37,780 bases of DNA, taken from the IMG/VR virus record IMGVR_UViG_3300021080_000003, positions 1-37,780 of that record; one strand, given 5' to 3'. The notes beneath the pieces are model-generated. The model saw nothing but the letters and a program-made list of their open reading frames with translations, did no database searches and was not told where the DNA came from. Positions 28,169-36,108 of the stretch are shown here, piece after piece; positions within the stretch are counted from its first letter, which is position 1, and each line of letters starts with the position of its first letter. The stretch is from a virus. Its lineage: Duplodnaviria > Caudoviricetes. A program made the translations under genes and the position numbers.

Positions 28169-28621
28169 TTACTCTGTTGGTAAATCGCCGTCTGTGGATA
28201 AGTCGCCGTGCTGCACCGCAACTGTTGCGGGCTCGCTACGCAGGTTGACGTTGATCTGGACGGCCTGAGCCAAGCTCCCAGGCACGTCCTGGCCGTAGAT
28301 GCGGCGGCACACGCGCTCCAGATCCCACTGTGCAGCTCGAAGGCGTTCACGAGCGCGCGAGAGCGATAGCGCATCGGCTGCGCTTTCCAAGTCTTCCTCA
28401 GCGTCTTCCTTGCGTTTATAAGCTCGAATGAACTGCGCTGTTTTCCATTGAGTTTCGGATGTTTCTAGGAGCCATTGGTTAAGAGCTGAGCGAGTAACTC
28501 CGAAAGAAGCCGCGATATCTGTGATGCTGACTTCCTGAAGGATCTGGCTGAGCACCTCCTTTGGGTCTGCAGCTTTCAGGGGATTGAGCGCGCCTTGCTT
28601 ACTGGCGAGAGCATTAGTCAT
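28169..28621 (-). CDS. terS: Terminase small subunit
   Basis: N-terminal HTH (SITDIAASFGVTRSALNQW), helical core, QWDLERVCRRIYG motif, C-terminal beta strand VQINVNL; upstream of TerL. Confidence 0.75.
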   Translation of the reverse strand: MTNALASKQGALNPLKAADPKEVLSQILQEVSITDIAASFGVTRSALNQWLLETSETQWKTAQFIRAYKRKEDAEEDLESAADALSLSRARERLRAAQWDLERVCRRIYGQDVPGSLAQAVQINVNLRSEPATVAVQHGDLSTDGDLPTE

Positions 28622-28824
28622 GTACGCTTCCCGAGGAACGCTTTGGCGAGGTTGATCAAGCTGGCAGTTGGGGTGGAGGGTACGTAGTCTTTGATTCGGG
28701 AGGCGTCTTGCAAAACGCCGGCGGCGAATTCCTTGGCGGCTTTAATGTCCCAAGTCCTCATAATGCAGTCGTCACACATAGGTCTTGCACCGCAACAAAA
28801 GCGTGTTCCTGTGGGTTTATTCAA
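28618..28824 (-). CDS. Small Cys-rich hypothetical protein
   Basis: CC...CxxC; 4-nt overlaps with both neighbours. Confidence 0.45.
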   Translation of the reverse strand: MNKPTGTRFCCGARPMCDDCIMRTWDIKAAKEFAAGVLQDASRIKDYVPSTPTASLINLAKAFLGKRT

Positions 28825-28997
28825 GTTCGCTTCGCGCTTGGCTTTGCGTGAGCTCTGGCGTTGGCGGTCCTGATGGCTTCGGACTCCGGGACTGCGCGGG
28901 CAAGCATGGCGTTGGCGATGCTGGCGGCCTTGGCTGCTTGAGAGCCGCTCAGCTTGTGGTTATGGCGGCTTCGGAACTGCTTGGCGGTCCAAGGCAT
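28821..28997 (-). CDS. Small protein (58 aa), DUF2188/ChaB-like
   Basis: Read by hand: MPWTAKQF...AASIANAML...ESEAIRTAN, matching the MPW...IANA.L...E..AI pattern. Confidence 0.55.
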   Translation of the reverse strand: MPWTAKQFRSRHNHKLSGSQAAKAASIANAMLARAVPESEAIRTANARAHAKPSAKRT

Positions 28998-29180
28998 TTA
29001 GTTTTCTCGGGTTCACAGGAAAATTAAATTGGGCGACGACAATCGAGTGAGGCTCGAGGCCGGCAAGAGGAGGGTGAGGACCTCGTTGACGCCGTGCCCA
29101 AATGAAAAGCCTGACTTTTCATATGAGTAAAGCATCCCGCACCATGGTTGACCAGCCTCAAAGGGCTGAGATTTTTCGAG

Positions 29181-29705
29181 TTAGCTAAGCCGTATGCCTG
29201 AGCCGCTGTGAATTGTCAACTGAGCCCAGATGCGAACCCTTCCAATCTCCAAGCATTCCAAGTACTGCTTCCAGCTGAAACGCCGACCGGTGTGCTTTTT
29301 CAGGAACTTGAGCACCATCCACTTTTCGAGGTGCGGGTAGCAATAAGCGTAAGTCACACACCACCTCTGGGCCTTGTCAGGAAGCCCTTGGACGCACGCA
29401 TGGGTTTCAAGCACCCTGGATAGCTTGAGCTCCCGTGGAACCGAACCCGAGGCCTCAACATCGCCCCAGCCACTATCCCAGGACCCTGGAGCATGCGCAT
29501 TGAACCTGCCCTCGGCTGAACCACATCTTGAATAACGGTGCCGGTCCCGAAAATAGGTTGCCCATTGGTTAAGCCGCTCGTCAAGTTCCGGAGGAACGCG
29601 GCTTTCGTGCGAGCTTTGCCTTGGGCCCCAGAAGCTGCGAGATTCTCGAGGGGTGGATCTGGAAGCGCTTGGCGATAACCGTCCGGTCAAGTCCTTGATT
29701 GTCAA
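29181..29705 (-). CDS. Late-gene regulator, antiterminator Q-like
   Basis: LDERLNQWA N-terminal motif and a C-terminal helical domain; last early gene before the packaging genes. Start uncertain. Confidence 0.55.
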   Translation of the reverse strand: MTIKDLTGRLSPSASRSTPRESRSFWGPRQSSHESRVPPELDERLNQWATYFRDRHRYSRCGSAEGRFNAHAPGSWDSGWGDVEASGSVPRELKLSRVLETHACVQGLPDKAQRWCVTYAYCYPHLEKWMVLKFLKKHTGRRFSWKQYLECLEIGRVRIWAQLTIHSGSGIRLS

Positions 29706-29757
29706 GATTTATCATCTCCTTCAACTGGGCATCGGTAATCTTGCGCGGCCTCGCCAT
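29581..29757 (-). CDS. Small Hin/resolvase-type HTH protein (58 aa)
   Basis: Read by hand: MARPRKITDAQLKEMINLDNQGLDRTVIAKRFQIHPSRISQLL. Overlaps the 5' extension of the Q-like ORF. Confidence 0.55.
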   Translation of the reverse strand: MARPRKITDAQLKEMINLDNQGLDRTVIAKRFQIHPSRISQLLGPKAKLARKPRSSGT

Positions 29758-29929
29758 CCTTATTCCAGCCTACCTTGCCTGTTCCAGCGCCGTGGCGCAT
29801 TGCGCCATCCGACAAAGCGCTTGCGCTTTCGCCTCTCGGTGTCGCGTTCGACCTGCTTGGTTTCGTGGGTGTGGATGCGCTGTTTTGGGGTGCAGGTGAA
29901 TAACCGCAAAGCCGCCTCGCTTGCAGCGC

Positions 29930-30211
29930 TCATCTTACGAACTCCTTGCCCAGCACCGCTTGGAGCGCCTCATACACGCTATGCACAACATGCACCTCGC
30001 CTGGACAGGCTGCGAGGAACTCACGCTGCTCTTTGTTCGGCGCTTCTCCTGGCATTTTTACCTCCAGCAGCAAAAAGCGGCCTCGGTGCCACGCAAGCAG
30101 GTCGGGGAACCCTCCCCCGATCTGGTGCGTATGGTAGACCTTCACGCCGCAAGCACGAAGCGCCCCCACGATCCCCGGCTGGTTGTCGTCAGCTCGGGCG
30201 CGCGTTCTCAG
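29930..30211 (-). CDS. VRR-NUC / Holliday-junction-resolvase-like PD-(D/E)xK nuclease
   Basis: R.D.NQ..IV.ALR..G..V......G.PDLL......LLEVK; probable CTG start after GGAGG. Confidence 0.8.
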   Translation of the reverse strand: MRTRARADDNQPGIVGALRACGVKVYHTHQIGGGFPDLLAWHRGRFLLLEVKMPGEAPNKEQREFLAACPGEVHVVHSVYEALQAVLGKEFVR

Positions 30212-30266
30212 TTGCCCTCCGCATACGGCCTGCCGCCTGCTCGCAACGCGTCGTCCAGGCAGACGA

Positions 30267-30704
30267 TCATGCGGCGCGCGCCTGCGGCTCGTGCAGCGTT
30301 GCGCCGTCATCCCCGAGCACAATGCCGTGCTGCGCGGCCCAAGCCTCGATCTGCGTCATGTACTCGCTGAATTGCCCGACGTCCAAGGTCGTCGTCGAGA
30401 TGGGCCGGTTGTAGAGCTCACCCCACGGCAGCTTCACCTCCTCTTTCCCGATGAATTTCCCTTTGAAGAACTCGTGCCAGGAATCGGTCATGAACCGCTG
30501 GCCTTGCACCTCATGCGCGGCAATTTCGCTGAGCAGCGCCCAATAGCGGCGGTTCTGCTCAACCGAGCGGCGGCCGTGCCGATGCTCGCGCAGCACCAGC
30601 TCATAGTCATCATCCTGGCGGATCAGAAACTCCGCGAGCAGCGATAGCACGCGGTGCAGCTTCTCGCGTGAATTGCCGATGTACCAGATGCGGTTCAGGC
30701 GCAC
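30267..30704 (-). CDS. ninB: NinB-family recombination protein
   Basis: RSVEQNRRYWALLSEIA, WHEFFK, and STTTLDVGQFSEYMTQIEAWAAQHGI. Confidence 0.85.
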   Translation of the reverse strand: MRLNRIWYIGNSREKLHRVLSLLAEFLIRQDDDYELVLREHRHGRRSVEQNRRYWALLSEIAAHEVQGQRFMTDSWHEFFKGKFIGKEEVKLPWGELYNRPISTTTLDVGQFSEYMTQIEAWAAQHGIVLGDDGATLHEPQARAA

Positions 30705-31003
30705 TCCTCAAATGCGAGGCTGAGCTGCGTTACCTCGCGATGCTTCGCCTCGTAGTCCTCGCCTGCGCACGCCACCACGACCTTGCGAACGACCGATGCG
30801 AGCAATCCGGAGCGCTCGGCCGTCGCCTTGATGGCGTCGTTCAATTCCACCGCAGCGCTATCGGCCGCCTTCTTCAGCTTCACGAGATACGAGAGCTTGT
30901 CCTTCAGCTTCGCGGTTTCAATAACCGCTTCCTGCTTGTCCGGATTTTTGCGGCCCCTCGCGCCTTTCTTTGCGTTCGTCTTGGGCTCCGTTGCTGTTTC
31001 CAT
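30695..31003 (-). CDS. Helical DNA-binding-like protein (possibly GapR/DUF2312-like)
   Basis: ATG at 31003 after AGGAG; basic N-terminus, coiled coil, then SGLLASVVRKVV. Confidence 0.5.
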   Translation of the reverse strand: METATEPKTNAKKGARGRKNPDKQEAVIETAKLKDKLSYLVKLKKAADSAAVELNDAIKATAERSGLLASVVRKVVVACAGEDYEAKHREVTQLSLAFEECA

Positions 31004-31055
31004 GGCTTCTCCTAGCGGCTCGAGGCCGCGGTTGATTTCCATTGCACTGAAAATT

Positions 31056-31390
31056 TCACAGGCTGCACACCCGGCAGCGCTCGTCGACGTACTCGCGAGC
31101 AGAGTCGCCCCTGATTTTGCGTCCGCGTTCAAATTCCTTGCCCATGTCCACGAGCTTGACCGGCCATGTATCGCGCCCTGGCGAGCGCAAGGTATGGCCC
31201 AAGCGCTGCTCCAATGCTGACGCCGCATCGAAGCTGGCGCGATGGTCGCGCCATAGATTGCGCCATTCGGCGATGCGTTGGTGGTAACACTTGCCGCAGT
31301 CGGTTCGCGCTGGGACGGTGACTCGCTTTTCGTCGAGATAGCCTTGCACCTCCTTTAGGCCCCAGCCCCAGCGCCGGAAAGGGAAGTCCG
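31056..31390 (-). pseudogene. C-terminal fragment of a phage PAPS-reductase-family protein
   Basis: FP...WGW....V..YL......P.RTDCGKCYHQRIAEW..LW...C.VC matches the C-terminal half of this family. The N-terminal PP-loop (SGGKDS) is absent. Confidence 0.6.
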
Positions 31391-31412
31391 ATTGCACTTC
31401 ATCGGACAAACC

Positions 31413-32225
31413 ATGGAAGAAAACGCGACAGTTACCGCTCTCACCGAGGCCAAGCGCTACACGGTCTGCGGCGTTGAGTATTGGCGCGCCCGCGACATCC
31501 AAGAGATCTTGGGATACACATCGTGGGAGGGGTTTGTGCCTGCGATAGAGCGCGCGATGAATGCGGTTCAAGTGACGGGCGGTGACGTAAAAAAGCATTT
31601 TCGAAGCACGTCGAAATTGGTCGAGATCGGGAGCGGCGCACAGCGGCGCATTCCCGACTATTTCATTGATCGGTACGGTTGCTACATGACGGCCATGAAC
31701 GGCGATCCGCGCATCGCGCAAATTGCGGCGGCTCAGCGCTATTTCGCCATTCAGACGAGGCGTCAGGAGATACAGGACGAAAGAGACGAACTGGGCGAGC
31801 GCATCGTGCACCGCGACCGCCTCTCTCTTGCGGTCAAAGCAGTAAACGAAGCCGCGAGTGCGGTGGGTGTGCAGAACTTCGCGTTCTGGAATGAGGCGGG
31901 TTACCTCGGTCTTTACGAATTGACGAGCGCGGAAATCAAACAGAAAAAAGGTCTTTCCGCCAAAGACACGATCTACGACCACGCCGGGCTGGCAGAGCTT
32001 GCGGCGAATGCATTCCACAAAACGCTCACCGAGAAAAAACTTAAGGGCGGTGGCGTGCAGGGACAGAAACAGGCCGAGCAGGTGTATCGAGCGGTCGGCC
32101 AGGACGTGCGCCAAGTCATGACAAAGCATGGCAGCCCTATGCCGGAAGATATGCCGCCAGAGCCATCGCTCAAAAAGCTTGAGAGCGAGCGCAAGAAACA
32201 GCAGAAGAAGCTCGCTAAGAAGTAG
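31413..32225 (+). CDS. dinD: DNA-damage-inducible protein D / BRO-N-like protein
   Basis: EYWRARDIQEILGY..W..F...I.RA, HF....K.V.IGSGAQR...DY...RYGCY..AMNGDPR...IA.AQ.YFAIQTRRQE, GYLGLY, ELAAN.F, VG..VR, MPED.P. Confidence 0.88.
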   Translation: MEENATVTALTEAKRYTVCGVEYWRARDIQEILGYTSWEGFVPAIERAMNAVQVTGGDVKKHFRSTSKLVEIGSGAQRRIPDYFIDRYGCYMTAMNGDPRIAQIAAAQRYFAIQTRRQEIQDERDELGERIVHRDRLSLAVKAVNEAASAVGVQNFAFWNEAGYLGLYELTSAEIKQKKGLSAKDTIYDHAGLAELAANAFHKTLTEKKLKGGGVQGQKQAEQVYRAVGQDVRQVMTKHGSPMPEDMPPEPSLKKLESERKKQQKKLAKK

Positions 32226-32227
32226 CC

Positions 32228-32380
32228 CTACTTCCCCTTCCAGCGTGCCTGTGCGGCCCTCTTCGCAATTCTCTTGCGCTGCGCTGGACTCAAAACCGCA
32301 GCCCGCGCCTTTCCGCCCTTCAAGCCGCCCATGCGGCCAAGCATTACGGCGGCTGGATTCTTCTTTGTGTCGGCAGTCAT
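32228..32380 (-). CDS. Small basic KGG-motif protein (50 aa)
   Basis: Read by hand: MTADTKKNPAAVMLGRMGGLKGGKARAAVLSPAQRKRIAKRAAQARWKGK, a recurrent mobile-element family. Confidence 0.75.
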   Translation of the reverse strand: MTADTKKNPAAVMLGRMGGLKGGKARAAVLSPAQRKRIAKRAAQARWKGK

Positions 32381-32529
32381 GTCGGGGTGCTTGAGCGCTT
32401 AGGCATGTAGCATTAGCGCACGCCATCTGCCAACAGTCAACGAACCGCGCGGTCGTGGAGACCGGGGAGTGCTGGGCGTATCCCTGATCAGGACCAGCAC
32501 TCCCCGCCACGTTAGATGAGGAAGATTCG

Positions 32530-32760
32530 ATGGACCACGACGACAAAATCATTGCCACCGTCATAGCCCTCGACGTAGCGTTCGGCGCGCTTTTGCGGAA
32601 CGTGCGCGATCAATTGCCTGGCTTGGCGATGCTGCTACGCGAAGAGTTGGAGTCTGGCTCAAAGAGCCGCGCTCCCGGACTACCGGAGGGCGTGACACAA
32701 CACCTTGCGCAGTACGCCGAGATGCTAGCCAAGCGCCCCACGCCTTCAGGGCGGCGTTGA
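32530..32760 (+). CDS. Hypothetical protein
   Basis: RBS GAGGA; amphipathic helical 76 aa sequence. Confidence 0.5.
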   Translation: MDHDDKIIATVIALDVAFGALLRNVRDQLPGLAMLLREELESGSKSRAPGLPEGVTQHLAQYAEMLAKRPTPSGRR

Positions 32761-32809
32761 TTTCGCGATTCATCCAAGCCCCCTTCTTTGGGTACGTGAA
32801 ATCACATAT

Positions 32810-33160
32810 CCCCATGCGAAAGCAGGCATCGAACAAAGCGGTCAAGCGCTTTCGCTCGCGCGGATCAGCCTCGATCGCGCGCTGCTTTTCCTTCGCCAGC
32901 GACCACGGCATCGCCATGTATGAAAATTCCTGGCACGGCGGGCTTGCGACGATCAGCGCCGCATCCTTGAACTGCGAGCCATGCAGGGTCAGCACGTCTT
33001 GCAGGACGAGGTTGAATTCCGACCTGCGCTCCACCCGCAGCTCCGCGAACATGTCGATGATGTCAAACCCTAGAATTTCGTAACCTTCCGCTATCAATCC
33101 ATCGCCCCAGCCGAACAGGCCAGCGAAGAGGTCAATCGCAAGCGGCTTGGAATGTCCCAT
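32810..33160 (-). pseudogene. Truncated C5-cytosine DNA methyltransferase-like gene
   Basis: Motif I (AIDLFAGLFGW) and motif IV (ASPPCQEFS) present. After LFDACFR the frame runs into unrelated sequence and lacks the ENV motif VI. Confidence 0.7.
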
Positions 33161-33626
33161 CGGACAACCTCCTGCGTTGGCGAACGGCGGGCGTAGTTAA
33201 TGCCTTCTCAATGGGCCATCCAGAATCTATGCGATCACGAAGCGATTCACGCGAAATGCCGATTCGTGAGCTCCATTCAGACAGCAAGAGAGTCTCGCCA
33301 TTAAAGGTGAGTTTTCGATTCCTATGCTTCCAGTTGTTGGCCTGCTCTTTCGGGGTCGCCCAGCGGCAATTCAGAGGCTCGTAATGACCATCAGAGTCCT
33401 TGCGATCAAGTGAGTGGCGCGGCGATGGCTTCGGCCCCATGTCGGCGAAAAACTTGGCGAACGAATTCCATCGCTCGCAGACTTTGATCCCGCGCCCGCC
33501 GTAGATCGCCCAATCAACGAACTTACGATTCGTGCAACGGGTACGCATACCACTCCAAGCCCGATACTCAACCGGATTGGTCTTGTAGGTGGCGCAGTAA
33601 AGATCAATCGCCAAGGGAGGGCTCAC
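33132..33626 (-). CDS. HNH homing endonuclease-like protein
   Basis: Y.AW..M..RC.N......YGGRGIKVCERW.SF..F..DMG..P....SLDR.D.DG.YEP.NCRWAT..EQ.NN, with a C-terminal HTH. Confidence 0.9.
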   Translation of the reverse strand: MSPPLAIDLYCATYKTNPVEYRAWSGMRTRCTNRKFVDWAIYGGRGIKVCERWNSFAKFFADMGPKPSPRHSLDRKDSDGHYEPLNCRWATPKEQANNWKHRNRKLTFNGETLLLSEWSSRIGISRESLRDRIDSGWPIEKALTTPAVRQRRRLSDGTFQAACD

Positions 33627-34066
33627 GCCGCTACCTCCCAGCGCAGCTTGTCCTGCATGGGGTGGGTATCAACACGCGGCCGCGATGGGCACGACCACGA
33701 TCGGCCCGTGACCTGGCCGACGACGCGAAAGCCGGCGGCGCGCAGGCTGGTGCCGCCCTCCTCGGCCAGCGTGTAGGTGATGAGCTTTCTGTAGCCCAGC
33801 GCGCGCACCGCGCGCCATGCGGCGGCGTAGAGCATCGAACAGGCGTTGCGCGCTCCGTCAGTGCAGCAGCGCGTGACCTCGGCGGTCCACCCATCCGCAA
33901 CTGCGCGCGCCACAGGACGCCCGATAATGGCTACGCCGCGCACTGCTCCGTCTTCGGCTACCCCGACGCAGGCGATGCATCCGCGGCTCGGGCCATGATG
34001 CCGGTGGTGCTGCTCAACAAAGGCGTTTGCCTCGCGCAGCGTGATCGGCGTCAGGACGAGGCTCAC
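33623..34066 (-). CDS. XF1762-family (Mom-like GNAT) protein
   Basis: P.TLREANAFV..HHRHH, GVAI.GRPVAR, EVTR.CTDG.RNACSMLY.AAWRA..ALGY.KLITYTL..E.G.SLRAAG. Confidence 0.8.
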   Translation of the reverse strand: MSLVLTPITLREANAFVEQHHRHHGPSRGCIACVGVAEDGAVRGVAIIGRPVARAVADGWTAEVTRCCTDGARNACSMLYAAAWRAVRALGYRKLITYTLAEEGGTSLRAAGFRVVGQVTGRSWSCPSRPRVDTHPMQDKLRWEVAA

Positions 34067-34422
34067 GCCGCCTCCTCTCTGTCCTCGCCGGGCTCGCGCT
34101 CCGGCGAAGCCTCATCGACAAATGGCTTGCCAAAACTTCGCGAAAGGCTCTGGCAATAGGCGCGCTTCTCGCTGACTGTATTCAGGTCATGCGCTCGGCA
34201 CCATTGCTCTGCTCTTTCGGCGTGCAGTCTGTCGCTACACTCGAAGCACAGCGCCATGAGCTGTCCTTTCACGCCGTAGCGATCCGTTCGCAGTTTTGCC
34301 GGCCGCGCGCATTGCGGCGCGAAGTAGCAATCGGTGACCTTTGCGTCTTGAGCGGATCCCCATCCACACACGCAACTCGAGCTCGCATTTCTTAGCCGAC
34401 GCTGACAGTTCGGACATTTCAC
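34063..34422 (-). CDS. Zn-finger hypothetical protein
   Basis: CxxC, CxC, Cx4C and CxxC motifs; coupled to the replication gene. Confidence 0.6.
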   Translation of the reverse strand: MKCPNCQRRLRNASSSCVCGWGSAQDAKVTDCYFAPQCARPAKLRTDRYGVKGQLMALCFECSDRLHAERAEQWCRAHDLNTVSEKRAYCQSLSRSFGKPFVDEASPEREPGEDREEAA

Positions 34423-35117
34423 CGCTTCACCCTTCCGGCCTTGTCCTGCTCACGCTTGAACCAGTTCACCAGAAAACGCTTGCAATTCGACTTCCTGTTC
34501 GCCGGGTTCGCCTCAAGCCACGCGGCCGCCTGTGCGATCGCTGGAGGAATTGGCACTGCTGGATAAGCGTCTTGCCAGCGCAGTTCTTGCTCCTCGCTAA
34601 TGCCTTCGAACGCGATGCCGTTGAAATTGATCTTGAGCTTCCCGTTTTGCTTCGGCGGACGCGATTTCTGAGCGGCCGCAGTAGCAGTTAGAACGACTTC
34701 GTCTACGACTCCGTCTACGTCTACGTCTACGTCTACGTCTACGTCTAAGTGTGCATGTGCTGAGCGTTTGCTGAGCAGATGCGATGCGCTTGCTGGTGGT
34801 ACTGGAAACTTCGATGCTTTGGCGCGGACTTGCTGTCTGAAATCAACGAGCTCCAGATAATCCTTGCCCTTGACGGAGTAGACCCTTACCAGCCCCGCGC
34901 CTTGCGCAGCCGCAAGCCACTTAGCTATGTCCGAGTCTGACGTCTTGTCGAGTTGCAGGGGATAGCAGGCCGCTCGCAGCAATGCCGCCTTGGCGTAATA
35001 CCGCCCGAAGTCATCGACGACCGAGTGCAGCCGCCGATAGAAAACCTCTTCAACCCAAGAGAGCGAGCACACCCGCTCGCTGGACACGATGCCGTCGCGC
35101 AGGATACGGTTCGGCAT
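34419..35117 (-). CDS. Phage replication initiator (O/DnaT-like)
   Basis: MPNRILR.GI..SE.V..LS...E.FY.RL...VDDFGRY N-domain, low-complexity linker, and C-domain W..AYPAV.I......A.AWL.ANP..RK....RFLVNW..R.QD. Confidence 0.8.
   Translation of the reverse strand: MPNRILRDGIVSSERVCSLSWVEEVFYRRLHSVVDDFGRYYAKAALLRAACYPLQLDKTSDSDIAKWLAAAQGAGLVRVYSVKGKDYLELVDFRQQVRAKASKFPVPPASASHLLSKRSAHAHLDVDVDVDVDVDGVVDEVVLTATAAAQKSRPPKQNGKLKINFNGIAFEGISEEQELRWQDAYPAVPIPPAIAQAAAWLEANPANRKSNCKRFLVNWFKREQDKAGRVKR
34701..34747. repeat. GTCTAC hexamer tandem repeat in the initiator gene (candidate origin)
   Basis: Five exact copies 34713-34742, a partial copy to 34747, and one more copy at 34701. Confidence 0.8.
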
Positions 35118-35320
35118 TAGGACAGCGTCTTCACGCTGCCCTCCTTTAGCGTGAGCACGCGCGCCGTGGTCTTGCCATTCCAGCGCACCTGGCCGCTCAG
35201 GAAGAGCTGGCCGATCGCCTGCTCGAAGTCGTTTTTATCGAAGGCGAGACCGCGCAGCACGTTCGACTTTCGTCCGCCGCTCGCAAGCGCGCGAAGGATG
35301 CGATGCGCGCAGCGGTTCAC
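35117..35320 (-). CDS. Hypothetical protein (possible winged helix)
   Basis: TAATG coupling to the replication gene; helical basic sequence. Confidence 0.5.
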   Translation of the reverse strand: MNRCAHRILRALASGGRKSNVLRGLAFDKNDFEQAIGQLFLSGQVRWNGKTTARVLTLKEGSVKTLS

Positions 35321-35481
35321 GCGAGCCTCCGCTTCCAGTAGCGCCGATCCCGGAGCTGAAGGCGAAAGAGGCGCAGCCAGGAATGAAGGCGCGTCATGGG
35401 GTGGGCGGCAACGGCGTTGCTGTGCGAGACATGGTGCGAGAAGAAGACCTGGCCCGCTGGGAGCACGCCGCGCCGCCCGTG

Positions 35482-35515
35482 AATAAAAAGCCCCAGCGCT
35501 GCGGGCGCCAGGGGG
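35482..35515 (-). terminator. Putative terminator downstream of the Cro-like gene
   Basis: Minus-strand GC-rich imperfect hairpin CCCCTGGCGC...GCGCTGGGG followed by CTTTTTATT. Confidence 0.45.
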
Positions 35516-35791
35516 ACAGCACGACGGGAATAAAGGGAGGGGGAACTCCCATCATGCTGTGAAGTCGCACCGGTCTCTCCCGGCTGTCACGTCTTGATCG
35601 CTCGATAGTTGGATCGCGCGACGTTCCGCGATGGCGGGCACTTCAACACCTTTCAGCGCACCCGCTTGGCACCATGTCGCCTCGCGTCCTGCGGTACTGC
35701 GTGCGCCTATTGCCGCCCTTCGCCTCAGGTATTCGTTCAACTTCGCCCTCCCGTTACAGCGCGCCAGGGTGCTACTTTATGCGGTGCCGGC

Positions 35792-35992
35792 TCACGCTGC
35801 CTCGCGCTCGCGGAAATACCGCAAAAGGGTCTCGACCGTACTGACCCGCGGGTCCTCGGTCGCGCCGTTCGCGAGCTTCAGCAACGTGTGGTAGTTAACG
35901 CCGGATGCCTTGGCGAGCGCTTCTAGAGCTTCTTTGTCGCTCGGCTTAGGCAGCCGTTCGCGCACATACTTGAACAAGCCTTCATGGTCCAT
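35792..35992 (-). CDS. Cro/XRE-family HTH regulator
   Basis: LEALAKASGVNYHTLLKLANG.T.DPRVSTVETL..YF. Confidence 0.85.
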   Translation of the reverse strand: MDHEGLFKYVRERLPKPSDKEALEALAKASGVNYHTLLKLANGATEDPRVSTVETLLRYFREREAA

Positions 35993-36002
35993 GTCGGCGT
36001 TT

Positions 36003-36032
36003 AGCGTAACCGAAATCGGTAAGGAAAGTCAA
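36003..36032 (-). promoter_or_regulatory. Leftward sigma70 promoter with operator in the spacer
   Basis: TTGACT (36032-36027), 18 nt, TACGCT (36008-36003); operator TAACCGAAATCGGTAA at 36007-36022. Confidence 0.7.
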
Positions 36033-36043
36033 ATCAAGAAGGG

Positions 36044-36073
36044 TTGACAAGTCTAACCAAAGTCGGTTAAGGT
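36044..36073 (+). promoter_or_regulatory. Rightward sigma70 promoter with operator in the spacer
   Basis: TTGACA (36044-36049), 18 nt, TAAGGT (36068-36073); operator TAACCAAAGTCGGTTA at 36054-36069. Confidence 0.7.
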
Positions 36074-36108
36074 GTCCCCCATCGCCCGACGCACCGGGCA
36101 CGGAGGGA

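Noticed and set aside
29028-29180. Hairpins in the gap after the Q-like gene (ATGAAAAG/CTTTTCAT at 29102-29122) as a tRNA or ncRNA
   Set aside because: No cloverleaf or T-loop consensus. Probably late-promoter/terminator elements, but I could not define them with confidence.
31056-32564. 502-aa minus-strand ORF as a real gene
   Set aside because: About 390 codons are the antisense shadow of dinD and neighbours; only the last ~110 aa look like a real (PAPS-reductase-like) protein.
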